Source: Mustelus asterias
Lineage: Eukaryota
Assembly (NCBI RefSeq): GCF_964213995.1
Contig: NC_135811.1
Span: 30,628,001 to 30,692,000, forward strand
Length of the DNA: 64,000 nt
Direction: 5' to 3'
Position 1 is the stretch's first letter. Each line of letters begins with the position of its first letter. The notes under the pieces are model-generated. The model had not been told where the DNA came from and searched no databases. It saw only the letters and a list, made by a program, of their open reading frames with translations. A program made the position numbers and the translations under genes. Of this stretch, positions 1 through 12,726 are shown piece after piece.

Positions 1-441
1 TAGAAAGCTGGTTTAATGGATTATCCACCATAATATCTTGCGTGTCTCTCGAGATCCCACCAGACTGTACTTTTTGCAAACCCTCATAGGAGTTAGCTGA
101 CATATGAGAAAAGTCATTGAGGTAATCTGGCTTCTGTACCAGCATGGAAGTAGGATTTAGATTAATCAGAAGTCTTGTCCCATAACTCAGGGAGTTGCTA
201 GTTTTTGTCTGTAAAACGCCCAACATTTTCTTATTGGTCAGGCAGGTCCTAGCACCTTTCAAGGGAAGAAGTTTGTGCCTACGTCTACGGTGATGGGACA
301 AATTACTTCGATCACTGCAGCAGAAGGAGCAAAGCTCACATTTGTATGGTTTTTCACCTGTGTGTGAGCGCATATGTGCTTCGAGATGCCGCTCATACGC
401 TGAAGCAAACGGGCATAGGTGACATCTGTGGGGCTTCTCAC
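1..441 (-). CDS. IKZF5: IKZF5/Pegasus paralogue B, last coding exon (ZF2, ZF3, central region); truncated by window edge
   Basis: Acceptor CAG at 444-442, then open frame (G)GEKPHRCHLCPFASAYERHLEAHMRSHTGEKPYKCELCSFCCSDRSNLSHHRRRRHK...MVDNPLNQLS to position 1. Matches vertebrate Pegasus. Confidence 0.95.
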
Positions 442-2054
442 CTGTATCAGAAAGAATAGATCAACAAACCTTGCCATTTTCTCTCCCTTTTTGCACTTTT
501 CCTTATTTTGCCTCCTCTAAGCATCTTGTCCTTCAGCTGGGAGTGCTAAAGAGCAGTGGAACTCGGAGATCATCGTCAACAATCCCATCTGGTTGTCAAC
601 TGACAGGCAGTGTGCTAGCCATGTAACAAGGCTGGAAGTTTTGTTTTTCTTTCCTCATGGTGAGACAGTTCAGATTTATGGATTTTTTTCTGTTGCATGT
701 CAGTTATGAAGTGATGAAACTCCTCCCATGTAGCTGAGGGATGTGTGTCAATTGGATTCATGCACCACCCAACCCCATTAAGAGCTGTATTTTAGCTAAC
801 TGATGATATATGACGAAGTGATGTTACAAAATTATCTCAACCACTCAGCTACTAGGTTATCTACCATCTATTTTAGAATAAAATCTTATTTAAAATGTTG
901 AGGAAGAAATATATTTCCACTTAAGAATCAACAGAAAATAACTTGTCTCCTACAGGATGAATTTTGAAAAGAGGTGACAGCACTTCCCGGATTTCCACGT
1001 CACTGCCTACCATATAGTATGGTGCTGCCATTCTCTACTTATAAAAATAACTTCTCAAATGTAACTACAATCAAAAACTGTAGCTTTTACATGCTGATCT
1101 TACAGCATTTTATACCCTACTTAGAGGAGCAGTACTGTACTATTCTATTGTTGTCTTGACCAGATGTTATTTATAATACTTTAATCCTTACCTGCTTTTC
1201 CTTTAGTCCTGGCCCTTTTCACTTTAAACAGGGAGACTCACCATCGGTACTCCTTTTAAAAAAAATCAAACTGTTACAAAGAATTGTGATCAAATTTGAC
1301 ATCCTTTTGTTTATTTTTTGTGAGAAAATTGGTGTTTAAATAGGGAGAAACCCCTGCAAGAAGTCACTAACCCTACCTAACAGTGTGGAGAAACTGAATC
1401 AACACTGACACCATAAAAACGGCAGAAGGGTCACTGACCTAATCTGACTTAATCAATGCATATGTTGATGCCAATCTAACTGTCTTACAATGCAAATGGT
1501 CATGAATTAATTTCAATAATGAGGTCATCAACACTCAACTTTAACCTCAAAAATCCAATACCAACATGGAAGAAAATACAAGTTCATTGTATTTTAAAGG
1601 GGCACTGATGGTGAGACTCCATTTAAGTCTATTTATGTTATGTTTTACGTGTAACACTCCTGTTACAATGAATACCACAACCTCAAAATCAACCTGCATA
1701 ATGAATGCTATAAATGCCCGATTTTTGCCTCGTTCAAAATTTAAATATTGTCATGAATTATTTTCTTCATTACAAACAACATCATTTGTGTTATGAACAG
1801 AGCTCTCCTTGCATCATACAAGCTACCATCCTGCACTAAGCTCACTTAACAAAATAAATCCAAAGGCTGATTGACTCATTCCCAATTGACATTCCAGAAT
1901 TTAGATTTGGCACTGCTGAGCATGTTAATTAAATTGCTATGTTTTCACTTTATTGTACAGTACTGCTCCTTTAGGTAGTTTAAATAGAAACAAACACACC
2001 TGATAATTACTTCTATTTTGGATCATTTCAAAGTCAACATTGAATATTCATTAC

Positions 2055-2234
2055 CTGTGTGCATTCTAATGTGCTCCATCAGCCGCGCAGTCCCTTTACT
2101 CGCATAGTTGCAGAATCGGCACTTCAGTTTTCCATCGTAGGTCCTTTCCAGCCCATCGCCCATAAACCCAGAGCCATCATCCAATGAAACTTCAACTGAA
2201 GCATGATGCATTCCATTCTGATCATTTTCTGATC
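2055..2234 (-). CDS. IKZF5: IKZF5 paralogue B, ZF1 exon (180 bp, phase 1-1)
   Basis: TAG acceptor 2237-2235; GSENDQNGMHHASVEVSLDD...KLKCRFCNYASKGTARLMEHIRMHT; donor G|GTAAT at 2054. Confidence 0.92.
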
Positions 2235-2594
2235 CTATAGTAATAAATCCCAGAAAAGTGAGTAAGATGTAAAAATAAAACTCCCTGCAATCTGAAATAG
2301 GAGCCAATCCCTGTAAAAGACAAACATATTTACAAAGCACTAACATTTTATGAATGACTGAGCATTTCTAAGTAAATATTCATCTTCTTCATTTACAGGT
2401 ATATAAACTATTGAATACTAAGAGCATAAACTGCTGTATGAAAGACATTACTGAAAATTCTGTTTTATATTAGTACTAATACTACCTTAGGTAGATCTCT
2501 CATGGCATTCCACATGGACAGTCAAATAATTTACTATTTACAACAAATGTGATAACTGGCATAGAGGACATAGATTAAGTTTTTCCAAAAAGTG

Positions 2595-2995
2595 CGTGTC
2601 AGAGGGAGAGTGAATGAGTGTGTGCATGAGAGGTGAATGTACGTGAGAGGGGGAGGAGAAGGAGTGCACATGGGCACGCGAGGGGTGAGTGGGCACACGG
2701 GGGTGCAGGATCATGGGTGGGCGTGTGCACATGTGTTAGGAGAACAGGAATGCACGTACACATGCGAGAGGGGGAGTGAGTGTAGGTGTGAGAGGTGCAG
2801 ATCGAGTGTGTGAACATGTGTAGGAGAGCGAGTGTTTGTGTGTGGAAGGGAGAGTGTATGTGAAAGGGAGGGAATGTGTGTGGAAGAGGAGGTGTGCGTA
2901 GAGGAGGGATTATGTCGAGGAGTCAAGGCGTGAGTGTGTGGGAGCGAAGGAGCGAATGTGTGTGTGGGAGAACGTGAGTGTGTGTGTGAGAGAGA
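2595..2995. repeat. Degenerate (TG)/(GA)-rich low-complexity tract
   Basis: Runs of gtgtgt/gagag that give spurious His/Thr-rich ORFs. Confidence 0.85.
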
Positions 2996-3631
2996 CTGGT
3001 TATTCCCCAATGAAATGGTTGCAAACCATTCAGTTCAATGGCGACTATCATTGGGTAAATGCCAGCCTTGCCAACAACGCCCACATCCGATGAAGGAATA
3101 AATAAAAGCAAAAGAAGCCAAATTCCATTTTTATTAAATGGTGTTCTGAGAAAATTTTATATGCTTGGATGCCACAATTGGAATTCAGCTAAGTGACCAA
3201 AGCAGACTAAGTGGCACCTCTAACGGTGAAAGTCCCATCCCAGCATTACCAACTGGCACTACAAGTAACAAAATATATGAATTTAAGAGATTTTCCATTA
3301 AGAAAGAGCTAACATTTACATAGTACCTTCTATGATCTCTAAATATTTTCCAGTCAATTAATACTCAGTTTTCTCTATATTACAACAGCAAGCACATCAA
3401 GTCAATTTGTACACAGCAAGATCCAAACAGCAATATAAGAAGTTTCTTAGTGATGATTTTTGAAGAATAAAATGTTGGCTAGGACATCTGGAGAACTCCT
3501 CTGTTCTAAAAATTGAGTCCGGAGTTAAGAAAGCAGAAGAAATCTCCGTTTAACATCTCATTTGAAGGGCAGCACCAATGACAGAGCAGCACTTCCTCAG
3601 TACTGCACATTGAAACGTCAACCTAGATTAT

Positions 3632-4728
3632 GGGGGCGATTCTCCCAAAAACATTCTAAGTTGAATTTGTGTAAAAACTGAAGTAAATCACGCTGTTTTT
3701 TTCAGTGGGAGTTTCAAAATGAATCTCCCAAACTCTGTGCACTGCAGAGGGCACTAGCGTAAATCCCGTTAATACTCAGTGGACAGGGCCTATTCCCACT
3801 GGAGAGGCCAGCAGCATAGCACTGAGTGGGCCACTGCGCATGCGCCAATCTGTCAGCACCAAGATTGGCGCATGAGCTGTAGCCCGCACTGCCGACCTCC
3901 CGATCGCTGGCCAGCCCCGTGACACCTGCATTGCCTGCTGTGCACCCCCCCCCTCTCCCCCCCCCGGCAGCCCAACGCTGAACCCCTGGATGTGTCCGGG
4001 CGAGCCTCATGTCCCCCCCAACTCCCTCCTCAGCTCTGACCCCCCCACCGGCAGCTCCAACTCACCTTCCCAACCCCCCCTCCCCCCCGCAGTCCTGACC
4101 CCACCAGCAGGCTGACCCTCCCCCCCTCCCCACCCTGATGCCCAGTCCCGATCGTTGGCCTCTCTCCCTCTATCACTCAGCCCAAGTGCAGAGTGGCAGT
4201 GGCACCCCCCACTGATAGCCTCCCAAATGCCCCCACCCCCTTAGCATTGCCCGATGCCCAGTGGGCAGTGCCAAGGTACTCCCTTGGGCATTGGCACTTT
4301 GCCCCTTGGGCACTGCCAGAGGGGTGAAGGCTGGCACTGCCAGGCTGATAAAGCCCAGGGGGCTCCCCCTCCCGCACCCGACGCTTTTGGGGGGGGGGGG
4401 TGGCCTCGATGGCCCCTTCTTCGCTCCACTGGGGTCGGGCAGCTAGCTCCCCACAAGTGGGGAGCTATAGTAAACCCCACTGGAGCGAACCACTCCTGGC
4501 GTGGGGTGGAGACGCTAGCGGGCCCAGATATTTCAGTCCCGGATCTGCTAATAATATTTAAAATATATTAAAGCATCAATTTACATAAATTATGCAGCTC
4601 TGCGCCGATTTCTGGCACGGAGCTGACGCTGCCAGAAATCCAGCGCCCGTTGGGGAGCCTGTGAAACAGCCTCCGCTTGAGTCTCCCAGCCCGTTGTGCT
4701 ACAAAAGCAGGATGGGAGAATCGGCTCC
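3632..4728. mobile_element. Non-autonomous PIF/Harbinger-like DNA transposon inserted in a DeuSINE
   Basis: 15-bp TIRs GGGGGCGATTCTCCC / GGGAGAATCGGCTCC and a 3-bp TSD TAT. The flanks rejoin into a DeuSINE (SacSINE1/AmnSINE-like) sequence, minus strand, ~3310-3631 plus 4729-4800. Confidence 0.8.
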
Positions 4729-5847
4729 TATGTGTGTAAGTCTCTGGAGTGAGGCTTAAATCCATGACGTGATTCAGAGGCATTATAATGACCATTGAGG
4801 CAAGATTGACAGATTAAGAGTTGGTTTACAAAGCAGCTTTCAACAAACATATCGCCAATGTATCACATCTCCCATATATCTTGTATACAAGTAGAATCTC
4901 TCTTCCACCAGTGTTTTCTTTTCACTGCTGCTTGTCTTCTTGTCTCTCTTCTTCTGCTTGTTTTTCTTCACTCCTTAACTCTTTGTTTCCTACTGACATT
5001 TTCTTTGTTCCTTTCAGGTGATCGGTGATATAGAGTGGTGTCGTGGGGTTGAGAGTCACCACAGGCCTTTAAATAATTACAGGGAAAATGAGACTCTTAG
5101 CACTTTCCTTCCCAAACCTTCTCTTTCTCCCATTGCTTCACAGTCAATCATGCTCACCTTCTCACATCCAATGTGTTCCATAACCCTTTATCTTTCCACA
5201 CTACCTGTTGCCTATCCCTCACTTATTACACTTTATCCACATAACACTCATCTATTCCTTCCCTTACAATTGAACTTGCCTCCCAGTGCATCTCAGGGCA
5301 GTTGCTGGGAAGCCAGAAGTTCTAATTTGCTTCACTCTCAACTTATTTTCTTCTTTCCATGCTAAAGAGGCATCCTTTACTTTGAAAACACAGATTTGAA
5401 CGAATAAACTTTTGTCTGCCTGCTTCTCACAGGTTAAGCGATCAGAACAATCAACTTTTCTGCCAACTGCACACAGCAAAGATAATCATTTAACTTCAGA
5501 ATTCAGCTGGAGTTGTTTTTGTTGAAAGCTGAACTATCAGCACAAGGATGACACAAAACAACAGCTACAACAGGTGTGCAATCAGTACATAACATGAACT
5601 GTTGCCGAATAAATCTTTTGAAGTTTGTCCTCTAGGATTTCTTCAATTAATTAGAAAAACAACTGCAAGAAGCTAAAGAAAAATACAATATACTAGAGTG
5701 AAATGGCTATGATCTGGTAGCAAGTATATGAAGTGTGCCAGGTGAAGGGCAATAGCTTTAAAAATGGATAATGGTCAGGTACAGCATCAATGCCCAATTT
5801 TCCATTAAATGGGGAACAGCACACAATTCCAACTCATGGGGGAAGTG

Positions 5848-7847
5848 TGTTATATATTTAAAAGGGTTGCATGAATGCTCTAGAAATCATAGAAACCCTA
5901 CAGTGCAGAAGGAGGCCATTCGGCCCATCGAGTCTGCACCGACCACAATCCCACCCAGGCCCTACCCCCACTCTAAGAGCTAATCACATGATTTGATGGT
6001 GATGTCATCAGGGTGTTGACATAGGCTGTTGTTTTACTTTCAGTTTGTCCGATCTACAGGCAAGACCTTCTGGAATAAATCTGTTGTTGTTAGTTTGAAT
6101 CTACGTGTGCAAACCATATATTTTCTTCCTGCATAAAAGCCACAACATCCAACATAGTTAGGACATTACAAAATGAAATTTGGCAGCAAGTTTGGACTTT
6201 GTTTCGTTGAGAAAGGATTCTAAGTAGAAGAAAAATCATTGTGGGTCCTCACACTTAATATTAGAAGCTGGGGAAAAGAACAACAGGATTAAAGATTGAA
6301 ATGCCAGTGTCAAGAAAACCAAGTAACAAAAAAGCTCTCTATGCGGTTTTAAAAAAGGATTGATTTTTCCAATCGGAAAAGGGTGAGATTCCAGGCAGTT
6401 ATCTAGCATATTTGAAAATAAAAAAGATGCTTTACCATACAGCCATTTGAAAAGAAAAAAAAAATCAAGTCTCCAGGATAAAAAGGATAATGACAAGACA
6501 GTGAAAAAATTTAATATACTGAGCAGTGTCAAGTCGCTCTTGCCTGCAAGAGAAATGACGGGTCAAATGGATCCATGGGCTTTTCAATGAAGAAAATGAC
6601 TCATGGAGTTCCTATGCAGAGTTTTCAGTACTTTGTACAAGCAAATAAAATTGCAGGCGAGTTTCTCTTATCAGCTTTTCTCAGTACATTGGAAGTAAAA
6701 CCTTGAATTTGCTCTAAAGCTTGGTTCATCCAACAAAGCCAGGAATCAAAACTTACAATGACTTGTCAAAGATCCTTAAAGAGCATTCCTTTCCAAAACC
6801 ATTGATCAGCATGGAATGGTTCTGGTTTCACCGAAGAAATTAAGTGGAAGGTGAAAACATTAGTCAGTTTGTGACAACTTTGAAATAACTGGGACAACAA
6901 AGGTGCATGTAGACTCAAACTAACAGCAATTTATTCCAGAAGGTCTTATCTGTACAGAGTACAAACTAAAAGTAAAACAGCAGCCTGTGCCAACACCGTA
7001 ATGACATCACCATCATATCATGTGATCAGTTCTTAAAACATTCATGCAGCCCTTTTAAATATATAACATCCCTCCCCTTTACTTCTTTGGTCATGACAAC
7101 AAAATACTACAATGTTATACATAGGATCAATAATGCTCGAGACACAGTACTATGCATCATTAATCATTATACACAGTCAAAAAGAAAGTTGATCAGCAGG
7201 ACTTGTGTTCCTTTTTGGTTGTATACAACGTTCTAGAACTTGGCTGTAATTGACCCCCTAGAAATAGGATTTGGAACCTCGGTAGATATTCTCTTGAAAC
7301 TAATTCTACATCATTCTTACACAATCATCAGGCAACTCAGGTTCAACAAAGTCTTCTGTAGCAGTATTCATAACACTAGGAACTAAAGAAGTTAGTACTT
7401 CTGGAGATGATTCGGAGAAATTATTTCAAGATGACAACAATGGTCAGCATGGCTTCGACAAACTAGTGCAACTTCGGTTTGAACCATAAAAGAAATTGGG
7501 ACCTGTTTTTGCTAAAACTATGGCTAGTACCCATTTCTCACTCATGGCATAATTACGTGCTAACATATGAGGACTCTGGAACTGTACTTGAAGGAGTTTA
7601 GAAGGATGAGGGGGATCTCATTGAAACTTACAGAATACTGAAAGATCTGGATAGAGTGGACATGGAGAAGATGTTTTTATTAGTAGGAAAGAGTAGGATC
7701 TGAGTGCACAGCCTCAGAGTAAAGGGAACTTTAGAACTGAGAGGAATTTCTTCAGCCAGAGGGTGGTGAATTCATTGTCACAGAAGGATGTGGAGGCCAG
7801 GTCACTGACCCACAACTCCAAAAATAGTTAGGACATTACAGAGTGAA
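5848..7847. mobile_element. Rearranged Gypsy-like LTR retrotransposon remnant
   Basis: LTR copy at 5848-~6150 (+) and inverted copy at 6903-7068 with PPT AAAGGGGAGGGA (7080-7069). Gag-like fragment (FNEENDSWSSY..YFVQANKI) at ~6580-6890; integrase-tail fragment on the minus strand at ~7430-7570. Confidence 0.7.
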
Positions 7848-7967
7848 CTAGGAAGACTCAGTGACAAGTAACTATAGCATATGCGTAAGCCTCCTGAATT
7901 GTCATGCTAGTGATCACTATTTGCAAAACTTAACTTTTATATTTAGTGTGACTGAACATGATCTTAC

Positions 7968-8100
7968 CAGTTTGTAGAGATGGTGGCTCTTTCTCCCCAC
8001 CAACAGACCCAGATATCATGTTCACATGCTGGGTTTGTTGAGTGAGATACTCCTGAAAGTCCTTGACAAAGTCTACGGAAGCAGCTCTCTTCTCATCCAT
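7968..8100 (-). CDS. IKZF5: IKZF5 paralogue B, first coding exon (CDS part; exon probably 7968-8134)
   Basis: MDEKRAASVDFVKDFQEYLTQQTQHVNMISGSVGGEKEPPSLQT, the Pegasus N-terminal motif. Donor G|GTAAG at 7967; AAG acceptor at 8137-8135. Confidence 0.95.
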
Positions 8101-9471
8101 ATTCTTATAATGTTTAAATCAATCGCTTTACTTCCTTGAAATAAAATGAAAAATATTAGATTATGAAGAACAACACTGAGATTTTTTTTTTTAATTGACA
8201 AAGTTGCCACAGTAGGCATCAAAATGTGATATCCATCCATATTTCGAATTGGGCAGTTAAATGTAATCCCATCAGGCAGAACAACATAGTAGCTGAAAAG
8301 TGAGGATTTTTAAATGCTCTGTAGTAAAACTTAATACTGCATAATATATTACAGCATAATTTAGGGCACTGAATCATAAAATGATTCTGCCAAATGGTTC
8401 TGCAATGCCAACTCCTAGTTCCTCAGTGGAGCACATTTATTACAGCATACAACCTGATCCAAGATAGCAGACCTGACAGCAGCCATTTAGCATTGCAATT
8501 GGCAGAAGCTATTTTTTTGAATGAAGCACCAAAGAGGAACAGCTGTCCCAGAGGTTATAGTGTGTTAGAGAGCACTAAGGCTGGATCCTTTATGTTGGAG
8601 AATTACCTCCAACAAAAAAAACAGCAACAATCCAATGGCAACTTACTAAAACTTATATTCCCTTCATATTGCCAGGTCACAAAAATATTAGAGGCAAACC
8701 ATAACATAAAGGTGGAGATATGTTTATCATGCTAATGTTATCATTGGAATTGTAAAGTAAACATGCATGCAAATATCACTTGTATGTAAAAATAATTGGC
8801 AGTTAAGATCCCTTGTGCTGTACCATTGATGTTGCCCAACAGGTATGAAATATTACACCTCATTATGAAAGCTACACGAACTCTGCAATTTTGTTATTCA
8901 ATGTTGCCTGTGGACACTATAAACAATGTCAAATGAAATGTGTTGTACACCATTATGCACTGTAGTTAACAGATTAGCAATATTTGCAGATGCCCTGTAA
9001 CATTCTTGATGGTTACTCCATTTTTGAAAAGGGGACGGTTGGGATGATATGTCATGTAGGATACTTGATTTGTTTTTCCAACAATCAACAATGGTCATCA
9101 GTAGATTATTAATTCCAGATATTTTTCATTGAATTCATAGTCAAATTTCTCCAGCTGCTGTGGCAGGATTCGAACCCAGGTCCCCAGAACATAAATTCAG
9201 TTTCTGGATTAATAGTCTAGCGATAATACCACTAGGCTATCACCTCCCCCAGCAGAAATACTGATTTGAGGTAACTTATTCAGTCGTCTTCATTGTTTGG
9301 TGTTTATAATTTTTATCATTGCTCTGGGGACCTGTTTACAATTCTGTGAAAACCATAAATAAATGGCTTAACTTCTTCCTCGATATACATTTTATTTTAA
9401 TCCACTACCCATTTTTAAAGCTGTGGATACAAAGCAGGACCAGTTGATTAGAGGTAGGTACCTGGTATTTT

Positions 9472-10338
9472 TGTAGTACAGATTGAGTTCACGTTAGGGG
9501 AACTCACTGGGGCCTCCAATCTGGAGGGTTCTGCATATAGCTGAATCCAGCTAAACGCAAAGACTTGCGAGAGACAGTATGTGGTTAAAGATGTTCTTTA
9601 TTTGACCAGTATGTACTGGGAGAGAGAGATGCAGGATGGCGTCAGCCTCTCTCTCTGAAATTACATCATCTGAACACTTTTGATATACTATTTTCGAAGA
9701 TTCATATTCCCCACCCCATCTTTCATCCAAACTGGATAATCTAATTACATTAACACACCCTATTTACCTCGGCCAATAGCATTCTGCCGCTTAGCATAAT
9801 TAGGTACTCATTGGTTAACTAGGCTTGGAAATTCCCCCCCCCCCCCCCCCCCTCTGCTGCCTAGCAACCTTACCTATGCATGTCTGACAGGTTCAAGGTT
9901 CCCCTTGCTACTTGGCTGTGGGAACCAAAAGGGAGTCATTCCATACCTCATCATCACAGCCCATCTAGAGAGGCCAAGAGTAAGGAACGGAATGCTCCTA
10001 GTCATTCTAATTAGCAATTAACTCCTCCTATTCATGCCACTATCTTAGTATCTTCCAGTTGCAAGGTCTTCCAAAGCCTTTCACTGATTAGGTTCTCTGT
10101 GGCCTGTCTGGTTCTGCTTTTTCCCATTAGAGCAGGTGCCCTTGGCTGGAAGCTTACAAGACATTCAAAACTATTGTAATTATATTGTGTTTAATAGACA
10201 ATACCTTCATAATATATATGTGGGAGATGCATCGTAATATCTTTGGTATAAGGCACATCTTTGGTCCCTATTTTAAACTAACCTACTTTGGTTCAAAAGC
10301 CCCTTTAATAAGCAGAGGTTTCAACATCCCCTGCTACA
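9472..10338 (-). mobile_element. Probable solo LTR
   Basis: TGTAGTA...TGCTACA termini and a minus-strand AATAAA near 9600. No clean TSD. Confidence 0.45.
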
Positions 10339-10899
10339 GTTCAGAATCATGAGGTTTACAGTAAACTGGAGGCCATTTGGCCCATCATGACCATGCGCTT
10401 TATGAAAGCAATCCAAAATTGATCTCATGCCCTTTGTTTTCATATCATTATACACTGTATCCCCATCTACCTCAGATAATTATGTACCGCTCTCTGAAAA
10501 CGTGTGATGGTCTCTACCCTAATCATACCTGCAGGAAAAATTCCGAAACAGTTGCAAGAGGGAGGTCCTGGATTTGCAGAACTCTGATCTACCATTGTTA
10601 AGGGAAAAAACAAGGTTTGGCAGAGTTGAGGGACAGAAAAGCTAGGGCCTAACCGAGTGGCAAAATATGTTGGTAGTGACCTAGATGAAGGCATTGGGAG
10701 ATGTGAAGAGTCGCAAGATTAGTAGCACTGGTGAGCAAGTTTCTCAAAGATTTTTGTAAATATTTTGAGATTGCTTCATGGGTATGGGTCTATCTGCCTC
10801 TCACAGCCATAACTGATTAGGAGGTTTACCTTTTACAGCAACTAACAAGACACACATGTAAAAATTGTCATTCGCTTGCCTAAACTTTCAAAATTCAAG

Positions 10900-11640
10900 T
10901 AATTTGTTATGATATGGCACCTCAAATTAAAACAAGGAAAAACACTCTTTCTGCATCTGTCTCTCAATTCGACGTTTTCTGTGGTTTAAAAAAAATGGAT
11001 ACAGTGTTGCAAGAAGTTTAGTGACCTCAAGTGAATGGTTACGGTCACAATGTATTTTAAAATTCCGTATCCCACCTTATGCACCACAAGCTCCAGACAC
11101 TGCTTAATTCACCATAACCTCACTCACCTACTAATAATCAGGACTCATACTTGACATTCATATGCTTCATGATATTTATGACAGCCACATCATCCAAATT
11201 GAATACTTTGCTGTTTCTTTCTAGAAGGTGGCACACAACCAGGGGCATCAGGAACAAACCAGAGGGGCACAGTCACTGAAAAGTGCAACTGGGGTTAGCA
11301 ATGGAGGAACACCAAAAGGACAGTGATGGTGCTGAAACACTGTAACTTGACTTCAATGTCAGGGGGCTCAGAGGAGTCCAGCACTGATTTGGCACAAGGT
11401 TTATCACAAAGCTTGGAGTCCATCCTCCTCAACATGGAAATGGTGGCCAACTGCATTCATACACTTGTAGACTTAATCATGATTCAGAGTGTGATGGCCA
11501 ACATCACGAGGCAATAATTTGTGACTTTGATGACAGCAGTTTCCAATGGCCAGCTGCTGTCACGAAAGGTCTGAATTTTGCCATTATAGCTATGGATTAC
11601 AGCACACAAAAGGAAATGGCACAATGTTCACAACAGTGTC
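10900..11640 (+). mobile_element. Old Harbinger element, Myb/SANT-like ORF remnant
   Basis: Degenerate WIQCCKKFSDL and, after an AG, KVAHNQGHQEQTRG motifs. Confidence 0.55.
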
Positions 11641-11759
11641 ATAAAGTCATAGAGTATTACATCACAGAAAAGAGGCCCTTCATGTCTGTGCCAGCCATCA
11701 AGTATCTATCTATTCTAATGCTATTTGCCAGCTCTTGGTCCGTGGCCTTGTATGCTTTG

Positions 11760-12726
11760 GGGCAGAATTTTCTCAAAATATTTCTAAGTGCCATAACAGC
11801 ATGAAAACAGGGGAGCTCTGCGCTGGTCTATTGGGCACTCTCCACATTGCAATCTTTCTACACTTTGTGCAATGAAAGAGCCTCCGTGTGAATCACGCCA
11901 TCATGGAGTCTCCAGATGCGTAACTTGCCCAAAGTGGCTGCAGCTGTACATCGTTAACAAGGGAGAGCTGCTTTTAAACACAAATGATGCACTCACAATC
12001 AATCAGTCATGTCAGAAAGATGGCACCTTGTAGAGCAGCTTCACGATTTACAGAGGGACAGTTGGGATGGCCAGTGGATGCTGTGGAGGAGAAGAGGGCC
12101 ATCACTTTCCCCTGAGACTGTCAGCGACCCAGGGCTTGGGCCAGCAATATAGCCTGGAATGCAGTGGCAGTGACTGCCCATGCACTGGCACGGAGTACCA
12201 GCGTCCAGTACAAGAAAATGAATAACCTCGTTCGGGCAGCAAGGGTGAGTGCCCATCCCATCCTGGCATCAATCCCGTCCGTCGCACCTGGAATGTCCAC
12301 ATTGACATGACATCCCTGACATCCTGCGGCCTACCAGCACCGAACTTCCAAGCATCCGCCTCCACCCGTCACAACCCCGACAGATTCCACCCGATTGCCA
12401 CCATCCTTGACACTCCGTGCCCTTCCAGCCCCAGGCTTTCAACCCCCCCCCCCCCCCGCCAACTTCTGTCCTGACAGGAGAAGAAAGCCCATAATCACCA
12501 GGAGCAGGAGAAAACCGCAGGTGGGGTCCCTGAGCTGCGTCTCCTTACTCCGTTCAAGAAGCGTGCCATGGAACAGTCAGAGGAGGCTGAGAATAGAGCT
12601 GTGACCGACAGCCAGGTTGGTGTGCACCACAAAAGTGAGGAGCGACAAAACCTTCATTCATACAACCTATCTCAAGTAAGTTGCAATCTACCCAGATACT
12701 TGTCCTTCCATTGCACTGAATCGTGT
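11760..12726 (+). mobile_element. Younger Harbinger element left part with spliced Myb/SANT-like gene remnant (continues ~16601-17010)
   Basis: TIR-like start GGGCAGAATTTTCTC. ATG 12020 (MAPCRAASRF...AWNAVA), donor GTGAGT 12245, acceptor 12477 (EKKAHNHQEQEKTAGG), donor GTAAGT 12676, acceptor TTTTGCAG 16624. Confidence 0.65.

Noticed and set aside
259-477. Alternative-frame ORF open in both paralogues (also 36890-37090)
   Set aside because: It is a shifted frame of the zinc-finger exon. Such frames are often stop-poor, the similarity is explained by the main frame, and the upstream exons supply phase 1.
2538-3010. His/Thr/Ser-rich ORFs
   Set aside because: Translations of a (TG)/(GA) low-complexity tract.
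1-8134. Copy B as haplotig artefact or processed pseudogene
   Set aside because: It has introns, many synonymous differences, independent TE content and no disabling mutation in the visible part.
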